This document shows, piece by piece, positions 10,159 to 20,256 of a stretch of DNA of 64,000 bases. This DNA is from Abditibacterium sp. (lineage in GTDB: Bacteria; Armatimonadota; Abditibacteriia; Abditibacteriales; Abditibacteriaceae). The first letter of the stretch is position 1. Each line of letters opens with the position of its first letter. The DNA is taken from NCBI GenBank assembly GCA_965199495.1, contig CBDASK010000003.1, positions 1 to 64,000 on the forward strand. The letters are read 5' to 3'. The translations under genes and the position numbers were made by a program. The notes beneath the pieces are model-generated. The model saw nothing but the letters and a program-made list of their open reading frames with translations, searched no databases and was not told the DNA's origin.

Positions 10159-10338
10159 TAAGAGGCGCGCGCGGTTGCTTGAATGCGATATAAAATCGCA
10201 GCCAAGGAAGTTGTCGGCCTTCGCCGACGCGAAGAGATTATGGCGTTCTTCGCAACAGAGATTGTGTCGCGTCGGCGAAGGCCGACAACTTCCTTGGCTG
10301 CGATTTTATATCGCATTCAAGCAACCGCGCGCCTCTTA
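10159..10338. repeat. Long palindrome, REPIN-like (family A)
   Basis: About 72-bp inverted arms, each with internal hairpins TGCGATATAAAATCGCA and GTCGGCCTTCGCCGAC. Confidence 0.9.
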
Positions 10339-10404
10339 ATTGTGGCTGCGAATTCATTCGCTAAATCTCATCTGTTACACTTGCCCGCCGTCCTAATTTT
10401 CATT

Positions 10405-11994
10405 ATGCCCAAAGTTTTAGTCTGTGATGCTATCGCCGAAACCGGCCTCGATATTCTGCGCCCCACGCTCGAAGCGGACGTAAAACTCGGCCTGACCGAA
10501 GACGAATTAGTCGCGATTGCGCCCAACTACGACGCGATGATGGTGCGTAGCGCCACCAAAATCACGCGCCGCGTGTTGGAAGCCGCCACGAGGTTGCAAA
10601 TCGTCGGTCGCGCCGGAGTCGGCGTGGATAACATTGACGTGCCCGCCGCCACGCAGCGCGGCGTTATCGTCGTCAACTCGCCCGCCGGCAACACGGTCGC
10701 CGTGGCTGAGCTGACGATTGGCATGATGATCTCTCTGGTGCGCAAGCTGATTCCGGCGCATAATTCGGTTGTCGCGGGCGAGTGGAAACGCTCGAAATTT
10801 TTGGGCACCGAGCTTTATGGCAAAACGCTGGGCATTGTGGGCGTGGGCAAAATCGGCGTCGAAGTCGCGCGCCGCGCGCAGAGTTTCGGCATGACTGTGA
10901 TCGGTTACGACCCGTTTTTGAGTTCGGCGCGCGCCGCGCAGTTGGGCATCGAGCCGCTCGAATTGGAAGAAGTCTGGAAGCGCGCCGATTTCGTAACGCT
11001 GCACACGCCGCTAACGCCCGAAACGCGCCACATGGTCGGCGAAAAAGTGCTGGCCACGATGAAGCCAACCGCGATTATTCTCAACTGCGCGCGCGGCGGC
11101 ATCATTGACGAAACCGCGCTTTATAACGCCTTGAAAGCTGGCAAATTGGGCGGCGCCGGGTTGGACGTTTACGAAACCGAACCGCCGAAAGATTCGCCTC
11201 TGCGCGAACTCGACAACGTTTTGCTCACGCCACATCTGGGCGCCTCGACGCAGGAAGCGCAAACCGAAGTCGCCCTCGACGTGGCTCGTCAGATCGTGGA
11301 CGTTTTGGGCGGACGCCCGCCACAAAGCGCGGTCAACTTGCCGCCATTGCCGCCCGAAGCGCGCGAATTTATCGTGCCGTTTTTGGGTCTGATGGAAAAA
11401 TTGGGCCGCGTCCAAGCGCAAATCGCGGCGGGCCGCATCGAGAAAATTGAATTGTCGTATTGCGGCGAGTTAGCGAATCAAGACGTGCGCTCGCTAACGC
11501 GCGTGTTTTTGAAAGGACTTTTACAGGGCGGCGTCGAAAACGTGACTTACGTCAATGCGCCCGCCTTGGCCGAGGCGCGCGGCATCGAAGTTGTCGAAAC
11601 CAAACGGCCCAAGTTGGAAGGTTACGCCAATTTGATTCAGACCAACTCGACGCGCAACGATGGCGGCCACGTCCGCACGCGCGAGGTAGACGGCACAATT
11701 TTCAATGGCCGCGAACCGTTCATCACCTCGATTCAGGGCTTGCGCGTGGATGTCGCGCCCGAAGGCACGCTGCTTTTGATTCCCAATCACGACCGGCCCG
11801 GCATGGTTGGCGCCGTCGGCACGATTCTGGGCGAAGAAGGCGTCAACATTGACGGGATGCGCGTGGGCCGCAAAGCCGTCGGCGAGCGCGCGGTGATGAT
11901 TCTGAATCTGGAAGAACCAGTTCCGCCCCACGTCATCGAACGCTTGGATGCCGTGCCCGATTTGTTTGGCGCACGCTTGATCGATTTGCGTTGA
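10405..11994 (+). CDS. serA: D-3-phosphoglycerate dehydrogenase with C-terminal ACT domain
   Basis: GRAGVGVDNID, GIVGVGKIG, NCARGG, TPHLGAST, HDRPGMVG; true start MPKVLV at 10405. Confidence 0.96.
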   Translation: MPKVLVCDAIAETGLDILRPTLEADVKLGLTEDELVAIAPNYDAMMVRSATKITRRVLEAATRLQIVGRAGVGVDNIDVPAATQRGVIVVNSPAGNTVAVAELTIGMMISLVRKLIPAHNSVVAGEWKRSKFLGTELYGKTLGIVGVGKIGVEVARRAQSFGMTVIGYDPFLSSARAAQLGIEPLELEEVWKRADFVTLHTPLTPETRHMVGEKVLATMKPTAIILNCARGGIIDETALYNALKAGKLGGAGLDVYETEPPKDSPLRELDNVLLTPHLGASTQEAQTEVALDVARQIVDVLGGRPPQSAVNLPPLPPEAREFIVPFLGLMEKLGRVQAQIAAGRIEKIELSYCGELANQDVRSLTRVFLKGLLQGGVENVTYVNAPALAEARGIEVVETKRPKLEGYANLIQTNSTRNDGGHVRTREVDGTIFNGREPFITSIQGLRVDVAPEGTLLLIPNHDRPGMVGAVGTILGEEGVNIDGMRVGRKAVGERAVMILNLEEPVPPHVIERLDAVPDLFGARLIDLR

Positions 11995-11997
11995 TGA

Positions 11998-12117
11998 TTA
12001 GCCACAGAGGACACGGAGAACACACAAAGGGACACAGAAATCGCTTTCCTCTCTATTTTAGATTTCTTCGTGCTTTTCTGTGTTTCTCTGGGTGTTCTCC
12101 GTGTCCTCTGTGGCTAA
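11998..12117. repeat. TTAGCCAC...GTGGCTAA palindrome (family B)
   Basis: TTAGCCACAGAGGACACGGAGAACAC pairs with GTGTTCTCCGTGTCCTCTGTGGCTAA. Confidence 0.9.
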
Positions 12118-12124
12118 AAAGAAA

Positions 12125-13198
12125 ATGAAAACTTTAGTCGTAAAAATCGGCACTTCGACGTTGGTGCAGGGCGGCGAAATCAGCCAGAATTTCATCGCCG
12201 ATTTGGCGCGGCAAATCGCGGTTTTGCGCGCTGAAAATTGGCGCGTCGCCATTGTTTCGTCGGGCGCGGTGCGCGCGGGATTGGACGTAATCGGGCGAGA
12301 AAAAGCGAGTAATCTGGCCGAAAAACAGGCGGCGGCGGCGGTCGGTCAGTCACTTTTAATGCGCGAATATCGCGTGGCGATGGCGCCGCACGAGTTACAC
12401 GTCGCGCAGATTTTGCTCACGCGCGCCGACGTGGCTGACCGGCGGCGCTTCCTCAATGCGCGCCATACCTTCGAGCAACTGTTCGCGTGGAACGTCGTGC
12501 CAATCGTCAACGAAAACGATACGGTTTCGACCGAAGAAATCCGCGTCGGCGATAACGATACTTTGGCCGCTCTGACGGCGTTAGTTGCGCAGGCCGATAA
12601 AGTTCTGTTGTTGTCGGATGTTGACGGTTTTTACTTGCCGAATCAATCGGCGCCCGAAAGCGAGATTCCCGAAATTACGCCCGCGATTATTGCGGCGGCG
12701 GGCGGCGCGGGCAGCATCGGCGGAACCGGAGGTATGCGCACCAAGTTGGACGCCGCGCGCATCGCGACCGACGCGGGCGTCGAATTAGTGATTGCGTCGG
12801 GCCGCGCCGAGAACGTTGTGTTGCGCGTGGCGCGCGAAGAAAAAATCGGCACGCGATTCACGGCGCCCAAACGTTTGAACGCGCGCAAATCGTGGATCGC
12901 GCATGGACGCGCCGTCGAAGGCACGCTGATTCTCAATTCGCGCGCGCGCGCGGCTCTGGTCGAGCGCGGCGCCAGTCTGCTACCGATTGGCATCGAACGC
13001 ATTGAAGGCGAGTTCGCGGCGGGCGCCCTCGTGCGTTTTCGCGACGAAAGCGGCGAAATCGGGCGCGGCTTGTGCGCGTTTTCGAGCGTCGAATTAAATT
13101 TGATAATGGGCCGCAAATCGAGCGAAGTGGGCGATTTGCTGGGGCACGAAGCAGCCACGGCGGCGGTGCATCGCGATAATTTGTCATTGTCGGTGTGA
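12125..13198 (+). CDS. proB: Glutamate 5-kinase with PUA domain
   Basis: VVKIGTS, VSSGAV, AAVGQ, NENDTV, GDNDTL, GTGGMRTK, HRDNL. Confidence 0.96.
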   Translation: MKTLVVKIGTSTLVQGGEISQNFIADLARQIAVLRAENWRVAIVSSGAVRAGLDVIGREKASNLAEKQAAAAVGQSLLMREYRVAMAPHELHVAQILLTRADVADRRRFLNARHTFEQLFAWNVVPIVNENDTVSTEEIRVGDNDTLAALTALVAQADKVLLLSDVDGFYLPNQSAPESEIPEITPAIIAAAGGAGSIGGTGGMRTKLDAARIATDAGVELVIASGRAENVVLRVAREEKIGTRFTAPKRLNARKSWIAHGRAVEGTLILNSRARAALVERGASLLPIGIERIEGEFAAGALVRFRDESGEIGRGLCAFSSVELNLIMGRKSSEVGDLLGHEAATAAVHRDNLSLSV

Positions 13199-13203
13199 CG
13201 TTT

Positions 13204-13308
13204 TTAGCCACAAAGGGGCACAAAAGGGCACTAAAGAAGAGAAAAAATTTAGTTCGGAAAAGCAAAACTCAAAATTTTTTTCTCTTCTTTGTGCCCTTTT
13301 GTGGCTAA
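13204..13308. repeat. TTAGCCAC...GTGGCTAA palindrome (family B)
   Basis: Inverted arms with a duplicated CACAAAAGGG-like unit. Confidence 0.88.
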
Positions 13309-13344
13309 TGGAACAGAACGCTGCTCATAACGTCTTTTTTGGCT

Positions 13345-14109
13345 GTGAATTCCCGTCGTCCCGCATTTACTTTGATAGAATTGCTCGTTGTTATCGCCAT
13401 TATCGCCATTCTCGCGGCGATTTTATTTCCCGTTTTCGCCCGCGCCCGTGAGAACGCGCGGCGGTCGAGTTGCCAGTCGAATCTCAAACAAATCGGTCTG
13501 GGTTTGCTGCAATATATCGGGGATTACGATGAGAAAATGCCGCGTTCGTATTTTGGTGCGGCGACCGGCACCGATAAAACCACGCGCGAAAAGACCAAAT
13601 GGATGGACGTGATTTATCCTTACGTCAAGAGCGAGCAGATTTTCGTTTGCCCGTCCGAATCGAACGCGCGTTACCGGTATAGCGGCAATTTGGCGGCGGG
13701 CGAAGAAACCGACGAATACGGCAGTTACGGACAAAACGGCGCGTATTCGGCGCCGGGCGATGCAGCCACGCCGCCGCGTTCTTCGGCGACACAACTGATT
13801 TCCCTCGCGCAAATCGCCGATTCGTCGCAGACCGTGTGGGCGACCGACATTAACGGGCGCCAGGGAACGGATCGTTCGTTCGGTATCTTTTGGGCGACGA
13901 CTCCGCCGCCGATTCAAACCAGCGCCGACGATCCGACGATTCCGGGTGGCGTGCGCCAGTTGGATAAAATTTCCGAACGGCATTTAGGCACAACTAATGC
14001 TTTGTTTTGTGACGGTCACGTCAAGGCCTACAATTTGGAACGATTGGCGCAAAAGCACACGACAACGGGCGGCGACGTGGCTTATCTGTTCACCATCGAA
14101 GACGATTGA
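13345..14109 (+). CDS. Prepilin-type N-terminal cleavage / DUF1559 protein with H-X9-DG motif
   Basis: [59 protein letters not shown]. Confidence 0.92.
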   Translation: MNSRRPAFTLIELLVVIAIIAILAAILFPVFARARENARRSSCQSNLKQIGLGLLQYIGDYDEKMPRSYFGAATGTDKTTREKTKWMDVIYPYVKSEQIFVCPSESNARYRYSGNLAAGEETDEYGSYGQNGAYSAPGDAATPPRSSATQLISLAQIADSSQTVWATDINGRQGTDRSFGIFWATTPPPIQTSADDPTIPGGVRQLDKISERHLGTTNALFCDGHVKAYNLERLAQKHTTTGGDVAYLFTIEDD

Positions 14110-14179
14110 AAAATGAGTGGATTATGGGCGTAAATTTTATGAACATCTGCGCGCCCCATTCGTCGCGATAATTAAGATT

Positions 14180-15037
14180 ATGAAAAATCAAATTTCCCAT
14201 ACCACGCGTGCGTTGCTTTTGGCCGCCTTGCCGCTGGGCGCGGTGGCGGCTTCGGCGCAGACCCAACCACAAAAAGCTCGTTCGACCATTACCTATTTCG
14301 ATAAAGACGGTAACGCCATTACTCAGCCGACATCCACGGATGACGGGCGCTCCAGCGTGACGACGTTTGATAAAGATGGCAAGGCCATCATCACGCCGAC
14401 TTCGGGCGACCCAAATCGTTCCAGCGTCACCACGTTCGATGATCATGGCGTGCCAAAAATCACTTACACCTCGCCGCCGATTTATCCCAACCCAAATCCC
14501 AGCGGAATTCAGGCGCCGCACAGCATCGCGGGTTTGATCGCCAACCAAAACATTTACGGACAAAGCGCGCCCAATCCGGTGCCGGGCAATTACCATCGTT
14601 TCGATTACACCAATCGCCCGATTTATCCGCCGGGCTATTATCCTTCCTATCCGGCACCGCCCACTTATGGTTATCCGGTTCCAGCGTATCCCGTCCAGCA
14701 ATCGCCCTCAACGGTGATCTTCAACGATTCGACTTTACCCTGGGTCATCCCCGGTAGCGTCACATCAATTCCACTTACGCCGGGCTACGCTTATCCAGCG
14801 CCAGCCTATCCTTACCCAGCGCCCTATTATCCTTATCCGGCGCCGACGTATCCCTATGCGGCTCCCGGTTATGGTTATTCGGTTCCGGCTTATCCCTATG
14901 GCTATGGCAACGGCACCTATTCCTCGAATACGGCCAATTACGGAGTGCGATTCGGTCGCGGTGGCTTTAGCGCCTCGATTGGCGGCAGCAACACGACGAC
15001 GCGTTCCAATAGCTCGACGACGATCACGATTCGGTAA
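14180..15037 (+). CDS. Exported Pro/Tyr-rich low-complexity protein
   Basis: Signal peptide, three RS(S/T)xTxFDxxG repeats, many YPAP repeats. Confidence 0.7.
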   Translation: MKNQISHTTRALLLAALPLGAVAASAQTQPQKARSTITYFDKDGNAITQPTSTDDGRSSVTTFDKDGKAIITPTSGDPNRSSVTTFDDHGVPKITYTSPPIYPNPNPSGIQAPHSIAGLIANQNIYGQSAPNPVPGNYHRFDYTNRPIYPPGYYPSYPAPPTYGYPVPAYPVQQSPSTVIFNDSTLPWVIPGSVTSIPLTPGYAYPAPAYPYPAPYYPYPAPTYPYAAPGYGYSVPAYPYGYGNGTYSSNTANYGVRFGRGGFSASIGGSNTTTRSNSSTTITIR

Positions 15038-15050
15038 GTTGGTAAACACG

Positions 15051-15085
15051 AAAAAAGGCCCGACGCATTCGCGTCGGGCCTTTTT
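15051..15085. terminator. Bidirectional terminator
   Basis: AAAAAAGGCCCGACGC-ATTC-GCGTCGGGCCTTTTT between convergent genes. Confidence 0.85.
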
Positions 15086-15100
15086 GTGTCCAACGATATT

Positions 15101-15847
15101 TTAAGTGCTCAAATACGCTTTGTTACCCACGACTTTCAACGTCTTGAATGGCGGGTTAAATGGCAAATCCTGATAATCAATCACCGGGTTGATGCGATTG
15201 GAGAACTGATCTTTAACGAATCCCGGCGATTCGACGCCGCGCAGTTGCAGCGAGAGAATATCGAGGTAAACCTTGTGATTGGCGCCCTGACGCAATTTGG
15301 CGAGACCGGTGACTGGCCCATTAATCAAACCGTAATTGAGATTGCCAGTGACGTGTATTTTGTCGCCGACATATTTGACGCGCAGGTTCATGGACTTGGT
15401 ACTTTTGCCGCTCGCCAACATTTTGGTCAAATCGTCTTCCGAAATCACCGCGCGTAGCGTCGTCGTCGAGCGCGAGGTGCGGATTTTTCCGACGCTATAC
15501 AAATCGGGCACGTTGATTTTGACGTTGCGCGCATCCAGCGAAAACTCCGAAACATAAAGTTTCTTGAACTTGAGCGGCGCGCCTTTAATAGAAATGCGGT
15601 CGAAGTAGCCTTCGGCAGCGCGCGCGTTGGGCACGACGGAGATGTTGACAGCGCCGCCCGCCGGGTTTTTGACCAAATTGCGCAACAGAGAGGTGACCTG
15701 ACTGGTGACCCTGTGCCCCTGCGGACTGATAACGGGCGCGGGCGCGGCGGGTGCAGCCACGGGGAATGCCAACGCGCAACCGATGAGCGCAACGCCCACA
15801 CCAACGATGGTTATCAGGCGCGTGGAAGAGAATTTGAAAAGGGTCAT
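15101..15847 (-). CDS. Exported DUF2993/LmeA-like protein
   Basis: Signal/anchor helix; G.FDRISI..ARNVKIN and AVISEDDL beta-rich pattern typical of DUF2993. Confidence 0.6.
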   Translation of the reverse strand: MTLFKFSSTRLITIVGVGVALIGCALAFPVAAPAAPAPVISPQGHRVTSQVTSLLRNLVKNPAGGAVNISVVPNARAAEGYFDRISIKGAPLKFKKLYVSEFSLDARNVKINVPDLYSVGKIRTSRSTTTLRAVISEDDLTKMLASGKSTKSMNLRVKYVGDKIHVTGNLNYGLINGPVTGLAKLRQGANHKVYLDILSLQLRGVESPGFVKDQFSNRINPVIDYQDLPFNPPFKTLKVVGNKAYLST

Positions 15848-15905
15848 TGTAGGCTGAGACGGGAAATCAGCGATTTTGTTTCGATTTTCTCCACAACACA
15901 CTGAC

Positions 15906-15942
15906 AAAAAGAGCCTGACGCAAGGGGCGTCAGGCTCTTTTT
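15906..15942. terminator. Rho-independent terminator
   Basis: AAAAAGAGCCTGACGC-AAGGG-GCGTCAGGCTCTTTTT. Confidence 0.85.
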
Positions 15943-15957
15943 GTGCGGTTTTTAGCT

Positions 15958-17007
15958 TTACAAACGAACGTAATTCGAGCGCTCGCTGGCGTAGCCAGTG
16001 GTGTCGCGATACGAAAGTCCGCTACGCAAACGCACGCCGAATCTGCTGCCCGGCGCCAACTTCGCTTCGGCGGCCTTATCGCCCTTGGACTTATCATAGA
16101 GATAGCCGCCCGCCGCGCCCAAAAGCGCCGTGACGGTACTATTCTTTTTCAGCAAGCGACCGATAACGAAGCCCGCGCCCGCGCCAATACCGGCGACTTT
16201 AAGCGAATCGTTCTTGCCTTTTTCGCCCTGAGCGATGACGCGTCCGCCCGTGGTTTTCACGCTGTCGTTGTCCATGCTAATCAGCGCACCGTTGAGCGGA
16301 ACGCGCCCATCATCGGGCAAGCGCGCGGCGTTGAAAGTCAATGCCAGCGTGCCGGGTTCGTTGCCCTGCTTCTTCTGCACTTCCGTGACTTTGCCTTCGA
16401 TTTTGGTGCCCGCCGGAAATTCGCTATCGCCGGGATTCGTTGAAACAACTGTCGCGGTAAACGGCTGACCGACGTAAGCCGTGGCCGAAGAGAGCTCCTG
16501 ATCGAGCGTGACCGGAATCACGGTATCGGCAGGAATCGAAATCTGGCGCGCGCCCGCGACCATCGAGTTGCCGCCACGATAGCCCTGACCGGTAATCATC
16601 ACCGCGCGCGCCGACGAATTGTAGTCCACGTTAGCACCCATCGCTTCGCTCACGAAACGCAGTGGCACCAAGGTGCGGCCATTGTAGGCTTTGGCAGCCA
16701 CGTCCAATTTGACCGGCAAACTGTTCACCGTGGCGTTGCGCGAACCCAGCGCCATGCGCACGACGGTGCCGTTTTTGGTGGCGGCAATCGCGCCGTTGAG
16801 CGAGTTATAGGAAACCTTGGCGCCCAAGGATTCAAAAATGCTGCGCATCGGAACCAGCACGCGACCGTTCTGTTGAACCGCCGAAACCCCAGTGCGCAAA
16901 ACCTGATTGTTCAGGTAAATCGTGGGGGCCGTCTGCGCCTGCGCGGCGATTCCCAGTCCAGCGCCCAGCGCCAATGTCAGCATTCCAGTTGTTTTGATGT
17001 TTTTCAT
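15958..17007 (-). CDS. Exported protein with copper amine oxidase-like N-terminal (stalk) domain and glycine-zipper C-terminus
   Basis: GRVLVPMRSIFESLGA and GRTLVPLRFVSEAMGA; GIGAGAG..GAAGG zipper. Confidence 0.8.
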   Translation of the reverse strand: MKNIKTTGMLTLALGAGLGIAAQAQTAPTIYLNNQVLRTGVSAVQQNGRVLVPMRSIFESLGAKVSYNSLNGAIAATKNGTVVRMALGSRNATVNSLPVKLDVAAKAYNGRTLVPLRFVSEAMGANVDYNSSARAVMITGQGYRGGNSMVAGARQISIPADTVIPVTLDQELSSATAYVGQPFTATVVSTNPGDSEFPAGTKIEGKVTEVQKKQGNEPGTLALTFNAARLPDDGRVPLNGALISMDNDSVKTTGGRVIAQGEKGKNDSLKVAGIGAGAGFVIGRLLKKNSTVTALLGAAGGYLYDKSKGDKAAEAKLAPGSRFGVRLRSGLSYRDTTGYASERSNYVRL

Positions 17008-17109
17008 AGTGTCCTCGTTGTCGAACTGATCTTGTCAGCTTCGAGCGTTAGGACGGGAGTCGCCGCAAATTGTTCGCCGCAATTGCAAAGAAGATTTTTA
17101 GTCGTTAAA

Positions 17110-17868
17110 TCAATCGTCTTGCAGCGTGACCGCCGAAATCACGCCAGCCGCGTTTTTACGTTGCAGAGCGTCGGCTTTTATCGCCTTGACGTGACCATCC
17201 AAATACAACACGTTCACCGTTTCCAGATGGCGTTCGACATCGTTGAACAAACGGGCGTTGGCCGAATCGGGGTCGTAGACCTCGGCGAAAAACTGGCCGT
17301 TGCCATCGAGAACCCAGACCGTTGTCGAGGGCACTTCGGCGCGCGCCAGATTCACCCTATCGTTGATGCTCGGCAACGGATGACTGACCGGCGGCGTGCG
17401 GTTGGTTTCGTTGGCGCCATAACCGTGAACGATGGTGTAAGACCCCAATTGCGTGGTCGCGCGCGGCGCCGTCAAATTGCGATAGTAGGTGTAAGGCACC
17501 GCCGCATCGCCGGTGGCGCTGGGACAATTGAAGACCTGCTCGCTCTTGATATAAGGAAAAGCTGCGTCTTCCCACTTATAACTCACGCCGGTGGCTGATC
17601 CGGGCGGCAAGGTCTGGCCCGGCCCAAGGGTCGAATCGCTGCCATACCAATCGGCGATCAAAATCTCGTCGTAATCCTGCGAATACTGTATCAAACCCAG
17701 ACCGATCTGTTTGAGATTCGATTGGCAACTGGCACGCCTCGCGTTTTCCCGCGCGCGCGCGAAAACCGGAAACATAATCGCCGCCAAAATGCCGATTATC
17801 GCGATCACAACAAGCAATTCTATAAGGGTAAACGCGGCGGAAATTTTGGGGCGTCGAGACAAATTCAT
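17110..17868 (-). CDS. Prepilin-type / DUF1559 protein with H-X9-DG motif
   Basis: [47 protein letters not shown]. Confidence 0.92.
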   Translation of the reverse strand: MNLSRRPKISAAFTLIELLVVIAIIGILAAIMFPVFARARENARRASCQSNLKQIGLGLIQYSQDYDEILIADWYGSDSTLGPGQTLPPGSATGVSYKWEDAAFPYIKSEQVFNCPSATGDAAVPYTYYRNLTAPRATTQLGSYTIVHGYGANETNRTPPVSHPLPSINDRVNLARAEVPSTTVWVLDGNGQFFAEVYDPDSANARLFNDVERHLETVNVLYLDGHVKAIKADALQRKNAAGVISAVTLQDD

Positions 17869-18533
17869 GTTTGGTTTTCCTGAAAATAATCGCAAATGTC
17901 GGTGAGCGGACACTTCGCGCAACGCGGGTTTTTCCACACGCAAATTTTCTGGCCGTGCCGCAGCATCGCGATATGAAAATTGTAAAGCACATGGCCGTCG
18001 GCGGGCAGCAAAGCCAAGAGTTCGGCGTGCGCTTTCTCCGCCGATTTGGCGTCGATTAATCCCAAACGCCCGCTCACGCGGTGCAGATGTGTATCAACGG
18101 GCAGCACGGGTTTGCCGAAACAAAACAGCAAAACTAAAGTCGCGGTTTTGAGGCCGACGCCGGGCAAATCCATCAGCCACTGCTGCGCTTCATCGGTCGA
18201 GAGTTGGTCTAAAAAGGCGATGGAAAGTTCGCCGCGTTCCTCATGAATACGATTCAACACTTTTTGGATATTGCTCGCCTTGACTTCGGGCCAATTCACG
18301 CCGTGAATGGATGCGACTAAATCTTCAAACGGCGCGACTCGAATGGTTTCATAGCTGCCGAAACGCTGCATCATCGAATCGAAAGCGCGGGCTTCCTGCG
18401 CTTCGGTCGTGCGATGCGAAAGCAGCGTCGAAATCAGTTCGTGCATCGGCTCGCGGCGCGGAATGCGTTCGAGTTCGCCGTGCAGTTTGACGAGGCGTTG
18501 ATAAACGATTTCGGCTTTTTCGGTGAGTGTCAT
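17865..18533 (-). CDS. nth: Endonuclease III-family HhH-GPD DNA glycosylase
   Basis: LPGVGLKTA HhH, PVDTH, C-x6-C-x2-C-x5-C Fe-S motif. Confidence 0.88.
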   Translation of the reverse strand: MTLTEKAEIVYQRLVKLHGELERIPRREPMHELISTLLSHRTTEAQEARAFDSMMQRFGSYETIRVAPFEDLVASIHGVNWPEVKASNIQKVLNRIHEERGELSIAFLDQLSTDEAQQWLMDLPGVGLKTATLVLLFCFGKPVLPVDTHLHRVSGRLGLIDAKSAEKAHAELLALLPADGHVLYNFHIAMLRHGQKICVWKNPRCAKCPLTDICDYFQENQT

Positions 18534-18581
18534 GGTTGGATTTATCGTGAAATTTCCATTGCTTCGGTGAGTTTCCCTCCG

Positions 18582-18716
18582 TTGTCATTCTGAGCGGCGT
18601 GAGGAACGAACGAAGTCGAAGAATCCATCGGTTGCGACTGAATTTAACTTTCGTCGATAACAATTCGTCATGGATTCTTCGACTTCGTTCGTTCCTCACG
18701 CCGCTCAGAATGACAA
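18582..18716. repeat. TTGTCATTCTGAGC palindrome (family C)
   Basis: 47-bp perfect inverted repeat. Confidence 0.9.
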
Positions 18717-18746
18717 AAAAGCGGGCATCACGATTTGTCTAACACA

Positions 18747-19946
18747 TTATTTACGCCGCGATTTCTGCGCCGAATTCTCACGGCGCGGCGGCGCATATTT
18801 TTCGTTGATCCGCTTCAATTCTTGATGATTTGCATTCTCGCGTCTTTTCAAAGCGAACACGACGGCCATCAAGCCACCGGCAATGACGGCCATTGAAAAC
18901 TCGAACTGCTTTTTGTTTTCGGCGCGCAGTTCAGCGATTTTCGCCGTCTTTTCGGCGGAAGTCAATTTTTTATCGCTCGGTAATGCGTCGTCTTTGGCGG
19001 TGGCTGGTTTGCCCGCGCCTTTTTGCGACGGTTCGGGTTTGATGCCCTGCGCCGCGCGTTTTTCGGGCAGAATTTCCTGCGCGTGTTCTTCCGGCTCGAT
19101 ATGCGAGCCGAAGCGATTGGCGTAGACCTTGGTGAATTCGGCGCCGAAAAACAAAATCTGCGAGGCGTAATTAATCCACAACAACAACACGACCAGAGCG
19201 CCCGCGCTACCATAGGCCGAGGCGGTGCCGGGACGCGACAAATACCAGCTCAAGATGGCTTTGCCGACCGAGAACAAAACGCTGGTCAGACCGGCGCCAA
19301 TCCAGACATCGCGCCACTGGATTTGCGCATCGGGCAGAATTTTGAACATCAGCGCGAAAAATCCGGTAATCAGAACGAAGAAAATCACCACGTTCAAAAC
19401 CGGTGCGAGCCATTCGGCGCCGCCCAGAACTGTGCCCAACCAGCCGGCGGCGGCGTTGACGGCAACCGATGCCGCCAGCGAAACGATCAGCAAAAATCCG
19501 ATGCCCAAAACCATCACGAACGATAAAAGACGCGCTTTGATCATCACGATAATGCCAGCGTCAGGTTTGGGTTCGACGCCCCAAATTGTGTTGAGCGAAT
19601 CTTGCAACGCCGCGAATAATCCGGTCGCGCCCGCCAGAATTGTGACGAAACCGACGATGGTCAGAATGATATTGCTGCCGTGGCTGGTCTGCTTGGCGTT
19701 GGATAAAATATCAGCGACGGCGTTGGCAGCACTGGAATTGACGTTGCTTCCGATTTGTTCGATGATGCCCTTGCGCACAGTTTCGGGATCGAGAAATATC
19801 GCCGCCAGACTGATAATGACTAACAAAATTGGCGCAATCGAGAAGATCGTGTAATACGAAAGCGCCGCCGCCAGACGCGCGCACTTGGTTTCGCCAAAAG
19901 ATGTGAAGGTATCTTTGAGTAGGGGAAATAGGTCTTTGAGTTGCAT
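18747..19946 (-). CDS. YihY/virulence factor BrkB-family membrane protein
   Basis: [47 protein letters not shown]. Confidence 0.9.
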   Translation of the reverse strand: MQLKDLFPLLKDTFTSFGETKCARLAAALSYYTIFSIAPILLVIISLAAIFLDPETVRKGIIEQIGSNVNSSAANAVADILSNAKQTSHGSNIILTIVGFVTILAGATGLFAALQDSLNTIWGVEPKPDAGIIVMIKARLLSFVMVLGIGFLLIVSLAASVAVNAAAGWLGTVLGGAEWLAPVLNVVIFFVLITGFFALMFKILPDAQIQWRDVWIGAGLTSVLFSVGKAILSWYLSRPGTASAYGSAGALVVLLLWINYASQILFFGAEFTKVYANRFGSHIEPEEHAQEILPEKRAAQGIKPEPSQKGAGKPATAKDDALPSDKKLTSAEKTAKIAELRAENKKQFEFSMAVIAGGLMAVVFALKRRENANHQELKRINEKYAPPRRENSAQKSRRK

Positions 19947-19983
19947 GGAACGTTGCATGAGAGAAGGGTTAGAAAAAACTGCG

Positions 19984-20127
19984 ATGAAAGGCGTTAAAAA
20001 AGAGAATTTACCCGAAAAGACCTGCGTCGTGTGCGGTCGCCCGTTCGCTTGGCGCAAGAAATGGGAGCGCGTGTGGGACGAGGTCAAATATTGTTCCGAA
20101 AAATGTCGGCGCGCGAGTAAGTCGTAA
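19984..20127 (+). CDS. DUF2256-domain small zinc-ribbon protein
   Basis: [35 protein letters not shown]. Confidence 0.9.
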   Translation: MKGVKKENLPEKTCVVCGRPFAWRKKWERVWDEVKYCSEKCRRASKS

Positions 20128-20133
20128 TTAGGT

Positions 20134-20177
20134 ATGCGCGTATTCCGTAGGTGAAACCTACGGAACATAAAGCGCAT
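20134..20177. repeat. Single GTAG-type REP hairpin (family D)
   Basis: TTCCGTAGGTGAAACCTACGGAA, same core as the two copies in 53974-54143. Confidence 0.75.
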
Positions 20178-20256
20178 GCACTCAGGTGCGTCGCGCGGCG
20201 CATCCGAAGCGTCGGAATGAGCTTCGCCAGCGTCCATACTACCCATCGTCTTTCCG

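Noticed and set aside
10038..10404. Two opposite-strand ORFs both starting MRYKIAAKEVVGLRRR, and an extended serA N-terminus
   Set aside because: Artefact of the 10159-10338 palindrome; serA starts at 10405.
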